Part shown: positions 26,805 to 39,185 of the stretch, piece after piece | Numbering within the stretch: position 1 is the stretch's first letter | Layout of the letters: each line of letters begins with the position of its first letter | Assembly: GCA_964016885.1 (NCBI GenBank) | Contig: OZ024743.1 | Coordinates: 120,156,001-120,220,000 of the forward strand | Source: Eledone cirrhosa | Lineage: Eukaryota | Length of the DNA stretch: 64,000 nt | Direction of reading: 5' to 3' | Notes under the pieces: generated by a model | The model's database searches: none | What the model was told of the DNA's origin: nothing | The model's input: only the letters and a program-made list of their open reading frames with translations | Translations under genes and position numbers: made by a program

Positions 26805-28157
26805 GTCTAGTCGAACACGTACAACAGCCTATCACCCTGCAGCTAATGGTATGGTGGAACATTTGCATCGGCAATTAAAATCGGCTCTCAGAGCCTATGT
26901 CAACAACAGCAACTGGTTAGAGATCTTACCCCTCGTCCTTCTTGGAATTCGCTCCACCGTAAAAGAAGGACTTGGTGTTACGTCGGCTGAGCTGGTTTAT
27001 GGCACGACATTGGTATTACCCGGGAAAATGATTGCCCCTGAGTCTAAATACCCCGCAAATCCAATGAACTATATCCATCGCTTGCGGACCTACATGGCAA
27101 ACCTGCCATCGCTGGCCCCACGTCCTCAAGGCATCACTACGCATGTTCCATCCGACCTACAGCAATGGACACACGTTTTTGTCAGAAGGGACACTATCAA
27201 GGCTCCTTTGCAACCACCATACTCGGGGCCCTACCAAGTACTCAAAAGGACACCCAAGCATTTCATTTTGGACATTAATGGAAGGAGGGATGCTGTCAGT
27301 GTCCGTTTAAAAAAAGTTCATCTGGATTTGGATGAACCCTCATCATCAGATCAAGTTAACCCAACACCAGTGCTCTCATTCACCGACAATCCGAACTCTA
27401 TGCCAACAACAAGCACTAGATTCGGCCGACGTATGTACAGGCCATCTCGCTATGCTCAATATGGCAAGTAACACTCCTCATCTCATCGATAATTTGTTCA
27501 TTTTCATTTAATTGTTTACTGGTCTTATCTTATAAAGAACATATAACAAAAAAAAAATGTAACAGTTAACATTTTTTTTTTAAATCTATATCTGGAGATG
27601 TTTAAAAGAATGAAGTTGTGATGGAGACTTTATGGACATGAACAACAACTAGTGTGGAAGGAGAGAAACAGAGTTGAACTAATATAACATTTTTTTTTTC
27701 CTCTTCCTCTTTCGCTAACTTTTCAATTATCGATCGCCGCTCCCGCATCGATCTAGGCGGGGAACTAATGTAGCGAAACCTGTCCACACCTCGAACCCTA
27801 GATGACACCTAAAAGTCAAATTCTAGGTCACCACCCTTTTGGCGTTAACAGGTGGATGCGTGGGCGATCCCTCGAGGCAGGGGACAGAAAGCTGGGGATA
27901 AAAATAGCCGGTGAAGGAGAGAGAGAATAGACTCACAACGAGAACTACTACCACGAACTGCAACCACCAAGACAACTTTATCTGGTCGCTCGCTGTTTTC
28001 ACATCAACAACAAAATAACATTGTCGACCTTCGTAACTCGTGGTAACTTGATTATTGTTCTTTTTGACTCAAGTGTAGTAAACCTTTATATATAAACTAA
28101 ATCGCTATTCTTGTTATTTCATCTAATAACCGTGTTACCTCATCTAACAATAACTAC
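26805..28157 (+). mobile_element. Ty3/Gypsy LTR retrotransposon 3' part (integrase, PPT, 3' LTR about 27769-28157)
   Basis: ORF 26725..27471: TTAYHPAANGMVE…GPY integrase; purine tract ggcggggaac followed by the TGTAGC LTR start. Confidence 0.88.
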
Positions 28158-28197
28158 TTCTTACTAAGATAGCCTTCGTTAAATATGTACATCTAGA

Positions 28198-28660
28198 GTG
28201 TGTGTGTTACGTATTGTTATGTGTGTTGCGTGTTTTGGCAGTATCGGTAGAGGGTCGGACGCCATGCTTTGCAATATAGAGTTACGGCCCTTTATGGTCT
28301 GAGTCCAGATCCCGCCGAGGTTAACTTTGCCTTTCATCCTTACGGGATCGATAAAATAAAGTGCCAGTAATGCAGTGGATATTTGCTGGCCTTGTGCCAA
28401 ACATAGAAACAATTATTATGTGTGTTACGTATTGTTGTGAGTGTTACGTATTATTATGTTACCTATTGTTGTGTGCGTTACCTATTGTTATGTGTGTTAC
28501 CTATTGTTATGTGTGTTACGTATTTTTATGTGTGTTACGTATTGTTGTGAGTGTTACGTATTATTATGTGTGTTACCTATTGTTATGTGTGTTACCTATT
28601 GTTATGTGTGTTACGTACTGTTATGTGTGTTACCTATTGTTATGAGTGTTACGTATTATT
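28198..28660. repeat. About 20-bp minisatellite (tgtgtgttacctattgtta) with a SINE inserted at about 28235-28415
   Basis: Visible tandem units on both sides of the SINE. Confidence 0.9.
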
Positions 28661-28775
28661 CTCTCTCTCTCTCCCTCTCTCTCTCTCTATATATATATGT
28701 ATATATAAAGAAAAAAAGATGAAATCGAAAATGCAACTGGAGTCTTATTTTTAAAAAAATATATTTATTTGGTTC

Positions 28776-28811
28776 CTTTACCGGTTTCGCAGTTCTTCTG
28801 CTTTTCAAAAG
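28776..28811 (-). ncRNA. Minimal hammerhead motif with U3-A8 core
   Basis: CTT-TTGAAAA-GCAG-AAGAA-CTGC-GAAA-CCG-GTA-AAG, with palindromic ACCGGT in stem III. Confidence 0.6.
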
Positions 28812-30047
28812 TAGAGTTGAGATGGAGGGTCTGTGGTTTTTCTCACATCTGTTGCATTTTCGATTTCATCTTTTTTTCTTTATACTTTCACTCGTGTAGG
28901 ACACCTCGGTTATTTTTCATTTTGTAAAAAAAAACCTCACTTTCTAATATATATATATATATTATTTATTTAATTCTTGTAAACATCGCCTAAATCCAAC
29001 GTTTAGAACTATATATAAATTATAATTACACTTATAATATTTCTACTTATTTCCATAACAATCTTATCCACTCTGTTTTAATATATTGTGTGCTATAATT
29101 TCACTTCTTAAAATTTCTTAAATTATATACATATATGATCCTAAATTTTTTTATTTTAATTTTAACTTTAATTTTAATATTTTTTAAGGTTTTTTAATTC
29201 TTTATTTTTTATCTTTTATTTTTTTACTTCTTAAATCTTTCATTTTTTTATTTTTTACTTCTTAAATCTTTCATATATTTTAAAAATTACTTATTTTTAA
29301 AAAATTACTTATTTTTTTAAAATCTACTTATCTCTTATAAAATATTTTTTAAGGGTTTTTTAAATTTAAAAAATTTTTTTTTTTAATTTTCCCGAATTTT
29401 TAATATTCTTTAATATTTTTTAATAAAATTTTTTAATATCTTTTATTAGATTTATAACCACTAACTAATTCAGGCTATGTATATGTATATATATATATAT
29501 ATATAAATATATATATATAAATATAAATATTCTTATTAACTCAGTTAACTTACATTAAATATAAACCAATATCCCTCATAACTCATTAAAACAATTATCT
29601 ATAACACGATATACCCATCTATCCATTTATCTATCTATTTATCTATTTATTGATTTATTATTTTATTTTTTCTATTTATTTTTCTATTTATTTTCTACTT
29701 ATTTTTCTATCTATCTATTTTTCTATCTATTTATTCTTCTATTTGCCTATTTTTCTATCTATTTATTTTTCCATATATTTTTCTATCTAATTTTTATATA
29801 TATTTATTTTTCTATGTATATCTATTTATAACAGTAAATCTACTTATAACAGTAAATATTATATTAGAAAAGAATTTTAAGTATATATCTACTAATGGTA
29901 CGTAACACACATAATAATAGTAAATATACGTACCATTAGTAGATATATACTTAAAATTTAGTCCCCCATATTTACGTTACATGAGTTCTATTCATCCTCT
30001 TGTAAATTTCTTCTCTCTATCTATCTCGTAATATCAATATCTTTTCT

Positions 30048-30230
30048 GGCGGTGGATTGGCAGTATCGGTAGAGGGTCGGACGCCATGCTTTCCAGCATA
30101 GTTACGTCCCTTTACGATCTGAGTTCAAATCCCGCCGAGGTTGACTTTGCCTTTCATCCTTACGGGGTCGATAAAATAAAGTACCAGTAATGCACTGGGT
30201 ATTTGCTCGCCTTGTGCCTAAAGTAGAAAC
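30048..30230 (+). mobile_element. Full-length tRNA-derived SINE, family 1, with 18-bp TSD
   Basis: A and B boxes; flanks aatatcaatatcttttct (30030-30047) and aatattaatatcttttct (30231-30248). Confidence 0.93.
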
Positions 30231-30639
30231 AATATTAATATCTTTTCTCTCTCTTTCTTCCCTATCTTTCTCCAGTGTCATTTAAATAAACGGTTGTTTT
30301 TTCAATTATTTACACAATCATTTGCATATTCACACATAAGTTTGAATAATCCCTAATATGTTTCCACTATCCAATGAATTTCCAACCGATAAGGTATGAT
30401 TTTCATGGATACGTCTCTATTTATAAAACAAACTTTGTATTTTATCTGATGAAAGCGCACCAATGGTGTCTTGGTTGCCCTTGAAATATATATAATAAAA
30501 TAAATATGGTTTTATATAGTTTCCATTTATTTAATATCATTATATATATATATATATATGTATATGATACATATATACATATATAGAGAGAGGGAGAAAG
30601 AGATAGAAAGAGAGTGTAGTGCGAAGCATTGTGACATAT

Positions 30640-32410
30640 GTAGAAAAATACCGATAATTTTTTCTTTAAGGCTAGTACAATGCGGTAGAAAAATACGAAG
30701 AGCAAATGATGACAAATATCTGTAATCGCAGAAGCCTTCCTAGTAGAATAAAACGCATTTTCATCATCAGAAACAGTAAGCTTCCCACCTACCATCTTAT
30801 CAAAATACATAAAAAAGAACCCAACATAAAAATTAGACCCATTGTTTCTGGCATAAATGGTTCTTTCTATAACATTTCCTGGCTTCTCAAATCTCTCTTC
30901 ACACTTTTCCCGGTCACGTAGACAGCTCACAAGAATTAGTCAACAGACTAAAAGAACCTCACCCCACCACACTTGGACATAATAGATAGCCATTTAGTTT
31001 AGACGTAGTTTCCCCCTCTGCACCTCTATCCCCGCCTTACCTGCCATCGAATTAATTACAGACAACATCATGACCTCAACTGACCTCAATTGTTTGGAGC
31101 TCACTGCTGCTGCTATCCGCGAACGGCTCTCTATAGTCATGTGTAACACCTTTCATCTATTTTAAGGGCTGCGTATGCAAATAAATCTCAGGACTTCCGA
31201 TAGGATCGAGCCTTTCAGCCTGATGGCCATCACGTACGTGGACCGGTTGGAGCGCACAGCACTCACCATCTACCGCTCTTGCTACCTCTTCTCCGGGTAC
31301 GTGGATGACATCCTTATGCTCACTTCATCATGCGAAGAAGCCGTCAAATATAGACACGCACATGAAATTTTAGGTTGAACACTCAGACACCATTGGATCC
31401 CTCTCTCTACTCGACTTTACACTAAGAGTCACAGAGGTGAGTTCCATATACACCAAATTTTACAGGAAGGATGCCTGCAGAGACATTTTTGTGCACCGCA
31501 ACTCCGCTATTCCCTACAGAGCCAATATAGCCTATATACGGAATAAGATCTCCCAGATAACCAACAAATGCAGCGAGGATAGCGACAGACATACCAGCAT
31601 GGTAGAATTCCAAAGAGCTCTCATCGAAAACGGCTACCCTACTTCTCTCACCAAACACCGAAATACCAAGGCAGCAACATGTAAAAGAACAAGAGAGACG
31701 TGCACCCCTAAGGATAAAATAGGCTACCTGAAGCTTCCACACTTTAATGAGAAAACAACTTCCATCAGACAAGCCATTCGTAGACAGGTACTGAATATAC
31801 GGCTGCCACACTCGGGACCCTTATTGAGGAAAGTCCTCCACAGACATACAGGGATATATCCACACCTAATTGTCCCTTCAGCAACGCAGACGTGTACATG
31901 AGAGTATATGTGTTCTATAAGATTGCATGCAAAAAATATAGCTCCACATACATCGGAAGTACCATAAGGAGGCTACATATGGATCAAGGAATACGTGGCA
32001 ATGACAGGGCCTTCCGTTAAAAAATATCTTGATAGATACCACAGCTAAGACATTGAGGCCACCACAGAGGCGACTGAAAGGAATATAGAAAATTTAAGTA
32101 GTAAGGAGGTCATTTTCATCAGCCGAGTAAAACAAGAGATAAACAATAGATCAGAAATGCATGAGGCTGCAGTAGCGACCCCGCGCATGCGTTTTGCAAT
32201 CATATAGACCAGTTAGGGAAGAAAACTCTGATCGCTCATTTGTTTTATCTTGAACTGTTTCAGTTACGCATTTGAAAAGAGGGTATTAACCCTGAAATAT
32301 CATGTTGAAATACACCTTGTTTTGTTTGTTTCATTTGTCATCATCTGCCCTTCGTATTTTTCTACCGCATTGTACCAGCTTTAAAAAAAAAATTATCGTT
32401 CTTTCACTTA
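30640..32410 (+). mobile_element. Degenerate Penelope-like element (RT + GIY-YIG) with an inverted partial terminal repeat
   Basis: KIHK…IRPIVSG, SLDVVS, GYVDDIL, YRK…, ENGYP, YKIAC…YIGST.RRL; 30645-30718 is the inverted copy of 32333-32404. Confidence 0.88.
32268..32305 (+). ncRNA. Ultra-minimal hammerhead motif in the Penelope 3' terminal repeat
   Basis: GCAT-TTGAAAA-g-AGGGT-ATTA-ACCCT-GAAA-T-ATC-ATGT. Confidence 0.6.
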
Positions 32411-32447
32411 CACGCGCGCACACTGCGAACCACGAGTAACAGGTTGA

Positions 32448-33339
32448 TCTATATATATAAAACTGGGGATGTCTGTTTGTGTGTGTGTGTGTGTGTTTGA
32501 ATCCCTAAAACTCTAGAAGCACCCAAGTTTTCAAACTTTACACATGTAATACTTGTTTCAGGGAGTGTTCTGAGCAAAATAATTTCAAATTTTCAATGCC
32601 CTAGGGACCGCATTAGGCGATCTCTCTCTATAATTCTTAGTCTTTCTCTTTTTAGATAGATACATACATATACGTCGCGCCCTTATAATATCTGTATGTA
32701 TGTCTGTATTACATCACTTCCCTGATGATGTTTGTCTGTGTGTGAATCCCTAAAACTCGAGAAGTACCCAACCGACTTTTTTCAAACTTTACATGTGTAT
32801 TTGTGTATTACTTATGTTTCAGGGAGTGTTATGCACATAAAAAAATTCAACTTTTTGATCCCCTAGGGCCTGTATTAAGTGAAAAACTGCGGGTTTTTTT
32901 CCAGGTTTTTAGGGGTTTATTGAGACCGATTTCCTTGAAATTGTAACTATGTATTAGTCAGTCTCTTCTTCAAACCGTGAGCAAAGAAAATCCAACTTGT
33001 TTATGGTCTAGGGCCCGCATTAGGTGAAAAACTTCATTTTTTTCAGCTTTTGGGGGCTTTTTTTGAGGCGTTATATCTAGCCGATTTTCCCGAAGTTTCA
33101 AGGCATATTATGCACATAAAAAAAAATTCATTTTCTTGATCCCCTAGGGCCCGCATTAGGTAAAAACGTGCATTTTTCCTGCTTCATCGAGGAAATTCTT
33201 AAAGATTATCCAGCCATCAGAGTATTCGGTTTATTTTCTTTACATATTGTCCAGACGTGCAGTTTTTCTACGATTAGGTCTGTTGGCGGCCCGCGTTCCA
33301 AAATACCTTATCCCGTGCAACGCCGGCTACCACTGCTAG
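32448..33339 (+). mobile_element. Non-autonomous Helitron-like element with internal tandem units
   Basis: 5' A|TCTATATATATAAAA; 3' GC-rich imperfect hairpin cccgtgcaacgccgg…CTAG|T; repeated ccctagggcccgcattagg units. Confidence 0.72.
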
Positions 33340-33509
33340 TAGACAATAAAAAAACTAAATACATGTAAACGAAACTTCATCGTTTTTATTAATATATATG
33401 TGTATATATATATATATATATGTGTGTGTGCGTGCGTGTGTGTGTGTGATATGGTGGAAGATTGTTAAAAAAGGGGCGAGAAATTGAGACTGTTAGGTGG
33501 AAGTTTAAA

Positions 33510-34030
33510 GAGATAAAATGAGTTGTTCTCTATGTTGACGAGCTCATCTAAACTGAAGAATTCCATGATACAATTTTTACCAACACACCTCAAACCAGTT
33601 TCTTCAGACATTTTTGTGGGAGGAGGGGGTTGCCAATCTGTCTGGCTTGCTACAGTGCATCCATTATGTATCCAGAGCAATTTAACCTGGCACACATATC
33701 CCCAATCCTGGAATCCTGAATTTAGGTATAATGAGACCTTGTACTAAATATAGCTTGGAGGCCTTTTTTTTTTCAAAACATTACAACAGATCCCACAAAA
33801 ATTGTGTTTTAATTATTTTAAAATCCTAAGCTGTACTTTGTTTAGCATATGCCTAAATTTGGCTCCCATCCCTCTCCCTATACTTAACGAAAAACGACCA
33901 TCAATTATGCTCTTTACAGTGATAAGCTGTACTTCTTCCAGGCCCCTATTTAAAACCAAGCGGAAGGAACTAGTGGAACTAGCCACTACATTATTTCCAT
34001 TCATTTGTTCATTGGCACCGAAAAGATTAT
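33510..34030 (+). mobile_element. Highly degraded CR1/Jockey-like LINE RT remnant
   Basis: VVLYVDE and IQSNLTWHT-like motifs across frameshifts. Confidence 0.4.
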
Positions 34031-34369
34031 CTCATCTCAGACTAAGAAATCTCCTCTCCCTGACATTTTTTCTATCTGTCTGTTTCTTTCTTTCCCCAAA
34101 CTAGATGTGAGGAAGAGGGAGTAATAGAAGAGGACCAGTGTAATAGGAGCAAAATGATAGAAGAGAGCCAAAGCATGAAAGAGACAGGGGTAGATAGCTC
34201 CATGATGATTACACTGTGTAGAGGAAAAGGTGAGGTGGCTGTGACTTAAAGGTATTTGATTATAGACAACTTGAAGTTAAACAAGAATGTAAGTATTGGT
34301 ATCAATATAATCAACTATACTCTAAAATATAGTGTCCCAACATAGTCACAAGACACTAACAACAAACAC

Positions 34370-34822
34370 TTAACCCTTTTGATAACAAACTGCATAAAAT
34401 TTCTCCTGGTTCTACAATATACAACTGTTTATATTTATCTAAAAACTTAAAGTTCTTACATGAAATGTTGATAAGTTATGCACCAAATACCACCTTAACC
34501 CTTTAGCATTTAAACCAGCCGTATCCGGGCAGAATTCTCTCACTTCTTTCTGTTCAAAAAGACTGTAACCGGCCGCTCATTCTGATGTTAAGGTATTGTT
34601 CTTGAAATAAATATCAAAATCTCATAGATTTGATAATTATGTGAGATAAAGCCTTTACCGTGAAAATATAATAGTAAATATAGAGTAATGTAAATGCTAA
34701 AAGGTTAATAATGAGAAAGTTAATTACTTCACTAAATTCCTCTAAATTCTACATTATTACCAAAATTATTTGACTGTCATAAGCAGTGTATTCCATTAGA
34801 AATATAGTAACAATAGGGTTAA
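34370..34822. mobile_element. Old TTAA-flanked (piggyBac-like) MITE with a younger MITE nested at 34495-34708
   Basis: Outer ttaacccttt…agggttaa; inner ttaaccctttagcatt…aatgctaaaaggttaa. Confidence 0.8.
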
Positions 34823-36397
34823 GACAAGTTGTAATGCTAAAGTGAAGAAAATGGCCTAGTTAGACCCACGACAGCCTAATTATACTCATAGTTTATCAAA
34901 TGCCTTTCTCACCAATCTTTTTAGCTGTCCCTTATGACATGCAAGAATGCAGTGTAATTATTCAAAAACCAGGATACACACAGAAAATGAAAGAAAAAAA
35001 AGAAAAGATGAAAAAATAAAAAAACCTCAAATGAAAGACAAGATGTGTTTTATTACCATTTTTCACATATCTTAGCAGTATCAAGAAACAAGAGGTAAAA
35101 AAAAACACATTTAAGAAACTACTACAACAATATTTAAACAAGCCAGCAGCATCTCTTTAACATTTCAACAAAGTTTCTGTTATTGTTATTTTTTCTCTTC
35201 TCATTTTGTGCTGGAAATGTGTTAATGCTGCTACATCACTTCTATTCTATGCTCTTTCCAATGTTTTGTTCTATCTTTTGCTAAAAAGAAAGTACAACTT
35301 CCCAATACATGCGCATGCTTATATACACACACACACACACACACATACACACTCACACATTAATGGCAACAAACTCAATACTAGGTGTAGAGTATGAATA
35401 ATTTAATTTTGCCAGCATTTTGGTTCCAGCTGACTATATTAAATAAATTGTGTGCATGTGGTGTGTGCCTGTGTGTGAAGTGTATGAGCAGAAAAAATAT
35501 ATTTGAAATATGAAAAAGAAATAAAGAATTAAATGGAAAAAATGTAACAAAAATTAAAAGAAATATGTGCATGGGAGCGTGATGTATGTGTGCGTATACA
35601 CACGTTTAAAACATTATACAATGTAATATATATTATATAATGGGAAGCTATAATTTGTTTTTTGCCCCGCAAAAATTATCTGAACATGAGTATGTTTGTG
35701 AGTTTATGAAGTACTAGTTAAAAATTTTGCGAGAAAATATACACGTTTGTAGGGAAACATGTAAATAGAATTACTTATGTGTGTGTAGAGAGAGAGAGAG
35801 AGAGAGATTTAATATAGAAATGGATTCTACAGGACTAGAACTGTTTCATTCAAAGTCCTGTAGAAGCCATTTCTATATTAAATGTGTTGTATACATTCTA
35901 CTAATGTATTGAGTACCTTACTCACTCTGGTTACCCTCGATTGAACCCGAGACTCACGCACACACACACATATATATATATATATAATAAAGAAACCTAT
36001 ACTCAACCAATGAATTGAGAACCTTTTTTTAACTGTGGTTACCCCCTACACAACTCAGGAATCTCCACATTAGATATATTATATATACATATATATATTA
36101 CACTAAATATGGTGTCATTTAATTCAAATTCTTTTTCTGGCTGACTGTTTCAGATTTCCATTAAGACCGACCCCAGTTCTTCAGTCTATATTGAGATATT
36201 GAATCCTTTCAAAATGAAGTCAATATAGGCTGAAGAGCGAGGAACTGTCCGAGGGAAAATCTGAAGAGCAGATGACCAGCAAAACAATTGTACCTAAATT
36301 ACACTATAGTTTGTGTAATAAATATCCATATACAACAAACTCTTCCCACAGATTGAGCACTCTACCAAATTTGGATATTCTTTACCAAATTACAGAA

Positions 36398-36482
<85 letters not shown>

Positions 36483-36587
36483 AATACATATTTATATAAA
36501 TACATATATCACATATACATACATACATACACATGTACACACATACATATGTACACACATATATATACATACACATGTACACACATA

Positions 36588-36798
36588 TGGAGAGCACTCC
36601 ATCAGTTACAATGATGAGTGTTCCAGTTGGTCCAATCAACAGAACAGCCTGCTCATGAAATTTAAATCCAAGTGGCTGAGCATTCTACAAACACACATAC
36701 CCTTAACGTAGTTCTCAGGGAGATTCGGCATGACACTGAATGTGACAAGACTGGCCCTTCAAATCACAGGTACAAGTCATTTTTGCCAACTGAGTGAA
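36588..36798 (-). mobile_element. SINE family 2, 3' part
   Basis: Homologous to 44385-44580 and 50470-50640. Confidence 0.8.
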
Positions 36799-36825
36799 CA
36801 TATATATACATACATACAAACATAC

Positions 36826-36860
<35 letters not shown>

Positions 36861-37938
36861 TACATATATATATACATATATATATGTATGTGTGTGCATG
36901 CCTGCGCTCGGATTACCTAATATGAAAATTATTGATATACATTTAAGATACTAAGTAGTTACTTGTATATCAGGGCTAGGAATATCACCTCAAGTTATGA
37001 ATATTTCAAAGTGAAATATAATAAAATCTACATAAACGAAAATTGGTGGAGAATTAAATAAAATGAATAATTTTCAAAACTGAAACAATAAAAAATACTG
37101 GATATTTTTCTTTAACATTCAAATTAATATGATCCTCTTGTTTTGATTTTTTCAATTTCCGTTTTTCAATTTAAATTTAAAAAGCTTATCAGCAAAAAAA
37201 AAAAAAAATTTTAATTTTCCTCCATGATTGTTGAAACATAATAAATAACTTATTGATAAAATAGTAGAACTTATTTGTTCAAGTTATGTATTTAACATTT
37301 AATACATGCTTTTATCACCTTTGTTCTTAGACATTTTAATATAGAGACAACATTTCACACCCACCCACAAAAACAAAAAATAAACGGCAATTATATTTAA
37401 AGAATAATAAAAAAAACAACTAAATTGAAAATTAAGATAAACATAAGATTAAAATGTAAGCATGAGTGATATAATGCTTATTTTAAAATAAAAATATGAA
37501 AATGAATAACTAAAACGAAAAAGAAGCCATGTAAATTAAAAGTTTTAAAAATTAATTTTGATATCCCACTTTCAGTTTCTATGGAATTTGAGAGGAAATA
37601 CTTCCAAAGATATCCAATATTTTCAACAGAGAAAAGTTCAATGCAGAAGTCATGAATTGTTTGGGCTTGCTTTTGTTTGTGGATGGTGGAAGGGTTCACT
37701 TTGCTTTACTTGTTACTGGCCCTTTTTTTTTTTGTATATATGAGTACAAAACATGCACTTTCTCTCTCTGTCAATGCAAATTCTATTAAAAAGAGACCGG
37801 GAAAAAAATCAGGTGAATGATTAACAAACTAAGGTTGAGAAGATTGAGTCTGAAATAATCATCATCATCACAGTTTTACATACATTTTCCATACTGGTAT
37901 GGGAAAAAATGAATGTGTGCCAGTTATGGAAATTATTA

Positions 37939-37944
37939 TTTATT
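37939..37944 (-). promoter_or_regulatory. Candidate poly(A) signal for MVD
   Basis: AATAAA on the minus strand about 125 nt after the stop; weak evidence in AT-rich DNA. Confidence 0.3.
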
Positions 37945-38069
37945 CTATTCTCTTGCAAAAAGAGAAATAAATGCATCTGTTGTTACTGTTGTTGTAGCTG
38001 CTGAAATAAACTGACTTGCAGTGTTTAATTGAATAGTAGATAGTTGTTCACCTACAATCTGTTCATTTA

Positions 38070-38147
38070 TCAACATCGTTTTGGATAACCTTTGTCATCT
38101 AGCAAACAATGATCATTTCCTTCAAGCCTATGTGGGCCATTTCCAAC
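38070..38147 (-). CDS. MVD: MVD terminal coding exon ([25 protein letters not shown])
   Basis: ttgcag acceptor; resembles human VGPGPQILDDPCAHLLGPDGLPK; TGA at 38070-38072. Confidence 0.92.
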   Translation of the reverse strand, partial: VGNGPHRLEGNDHCLLDDKGYPKRC

Positions 38148-38349
38148 CTGCAAGAAGACAACAAGCTATTACAATAAGGAAAATGTATAATGAATCTGAC
38201 ATGAATTCTTTGAGAGAAAATAACAGAGTGTTTATTAAAAAGATTTATAGAAACAGTTATTGATTTTTTTTCTATGAAATCCATAATTGAACAAATGTCA
38301 GCCCTCCAGAATCAGTTTATTTTAAATCCCCATCATTCACCAAAATAAG

Positions 38350-38389
<40 letters not shown>

Positions 38390-39154
38390 TGTGCTAAAGA
38401 AATATATATTTTTGTGCGCTAAAGAGATTTATATAACATCTTTATTCTATGAAATCCAAAATTGAGCATGTATTGGTCCTCTAACGAAAGAATCAATTTA
38501 TTTCAAATCTCCAGTACTGACCAAAATGACCCAGTCCACCATGCTGTAAATAGGTATCATGGCCAATACTCACTGCTCTAAGTAAGCCATGACAGCACAA
38601 TCTGATCAACAATTATTTCAATAGATTTGCAGTGCTGTTTTCAACTGCTACTTTGTTGAACCACTAAGTTACAGGACCTGTTTAAATACAGGCACACACA
38701 CACACATATGTTTGTGTGTGTGTGTGTGTCTGTGTACCAGTTTGTGTCCTGATACAAATTCTCTTCCCTTTGGTACTGTTATTGTTATCTATTGTAATTG
38801 GCATACATGTGGTCAAAATTTATTCATGGTGTTTCCCTCTAATATCGTATTTGAGTCCACTGTGATGCAAGAATTTATTTCAATTTTGGCAGCATAAGTG
38901 CAACTACAACTCCAATGTACTCTCTCTCGCTCTCTCTCTTATATATATATATTCCATCAAGGACAGATTAATAATGAGGCAGAGAGGCATTTGGTGTATA
39001 TGTGTATGTATGCCTGTACATATAATTTTTAAAAAAAATATATATATATAGTAATAATAATAAATGTAAAGACAAAAATCCAAAGCGGGTTCGATAAGGA
39101 TAAGGATAAGGGTGAAAGCAGCGATTCTTTGCTTAAACTTTAATCTGTTATTTT

Positions 39155-39185
<31 letters not shown>

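Noticed and set aside
38210-38525. Direct duplication of about 120 bp in the last intron (similar case at 39755-39925)
   Set aside because: Ordinary local tandem duplication with no evidence of function
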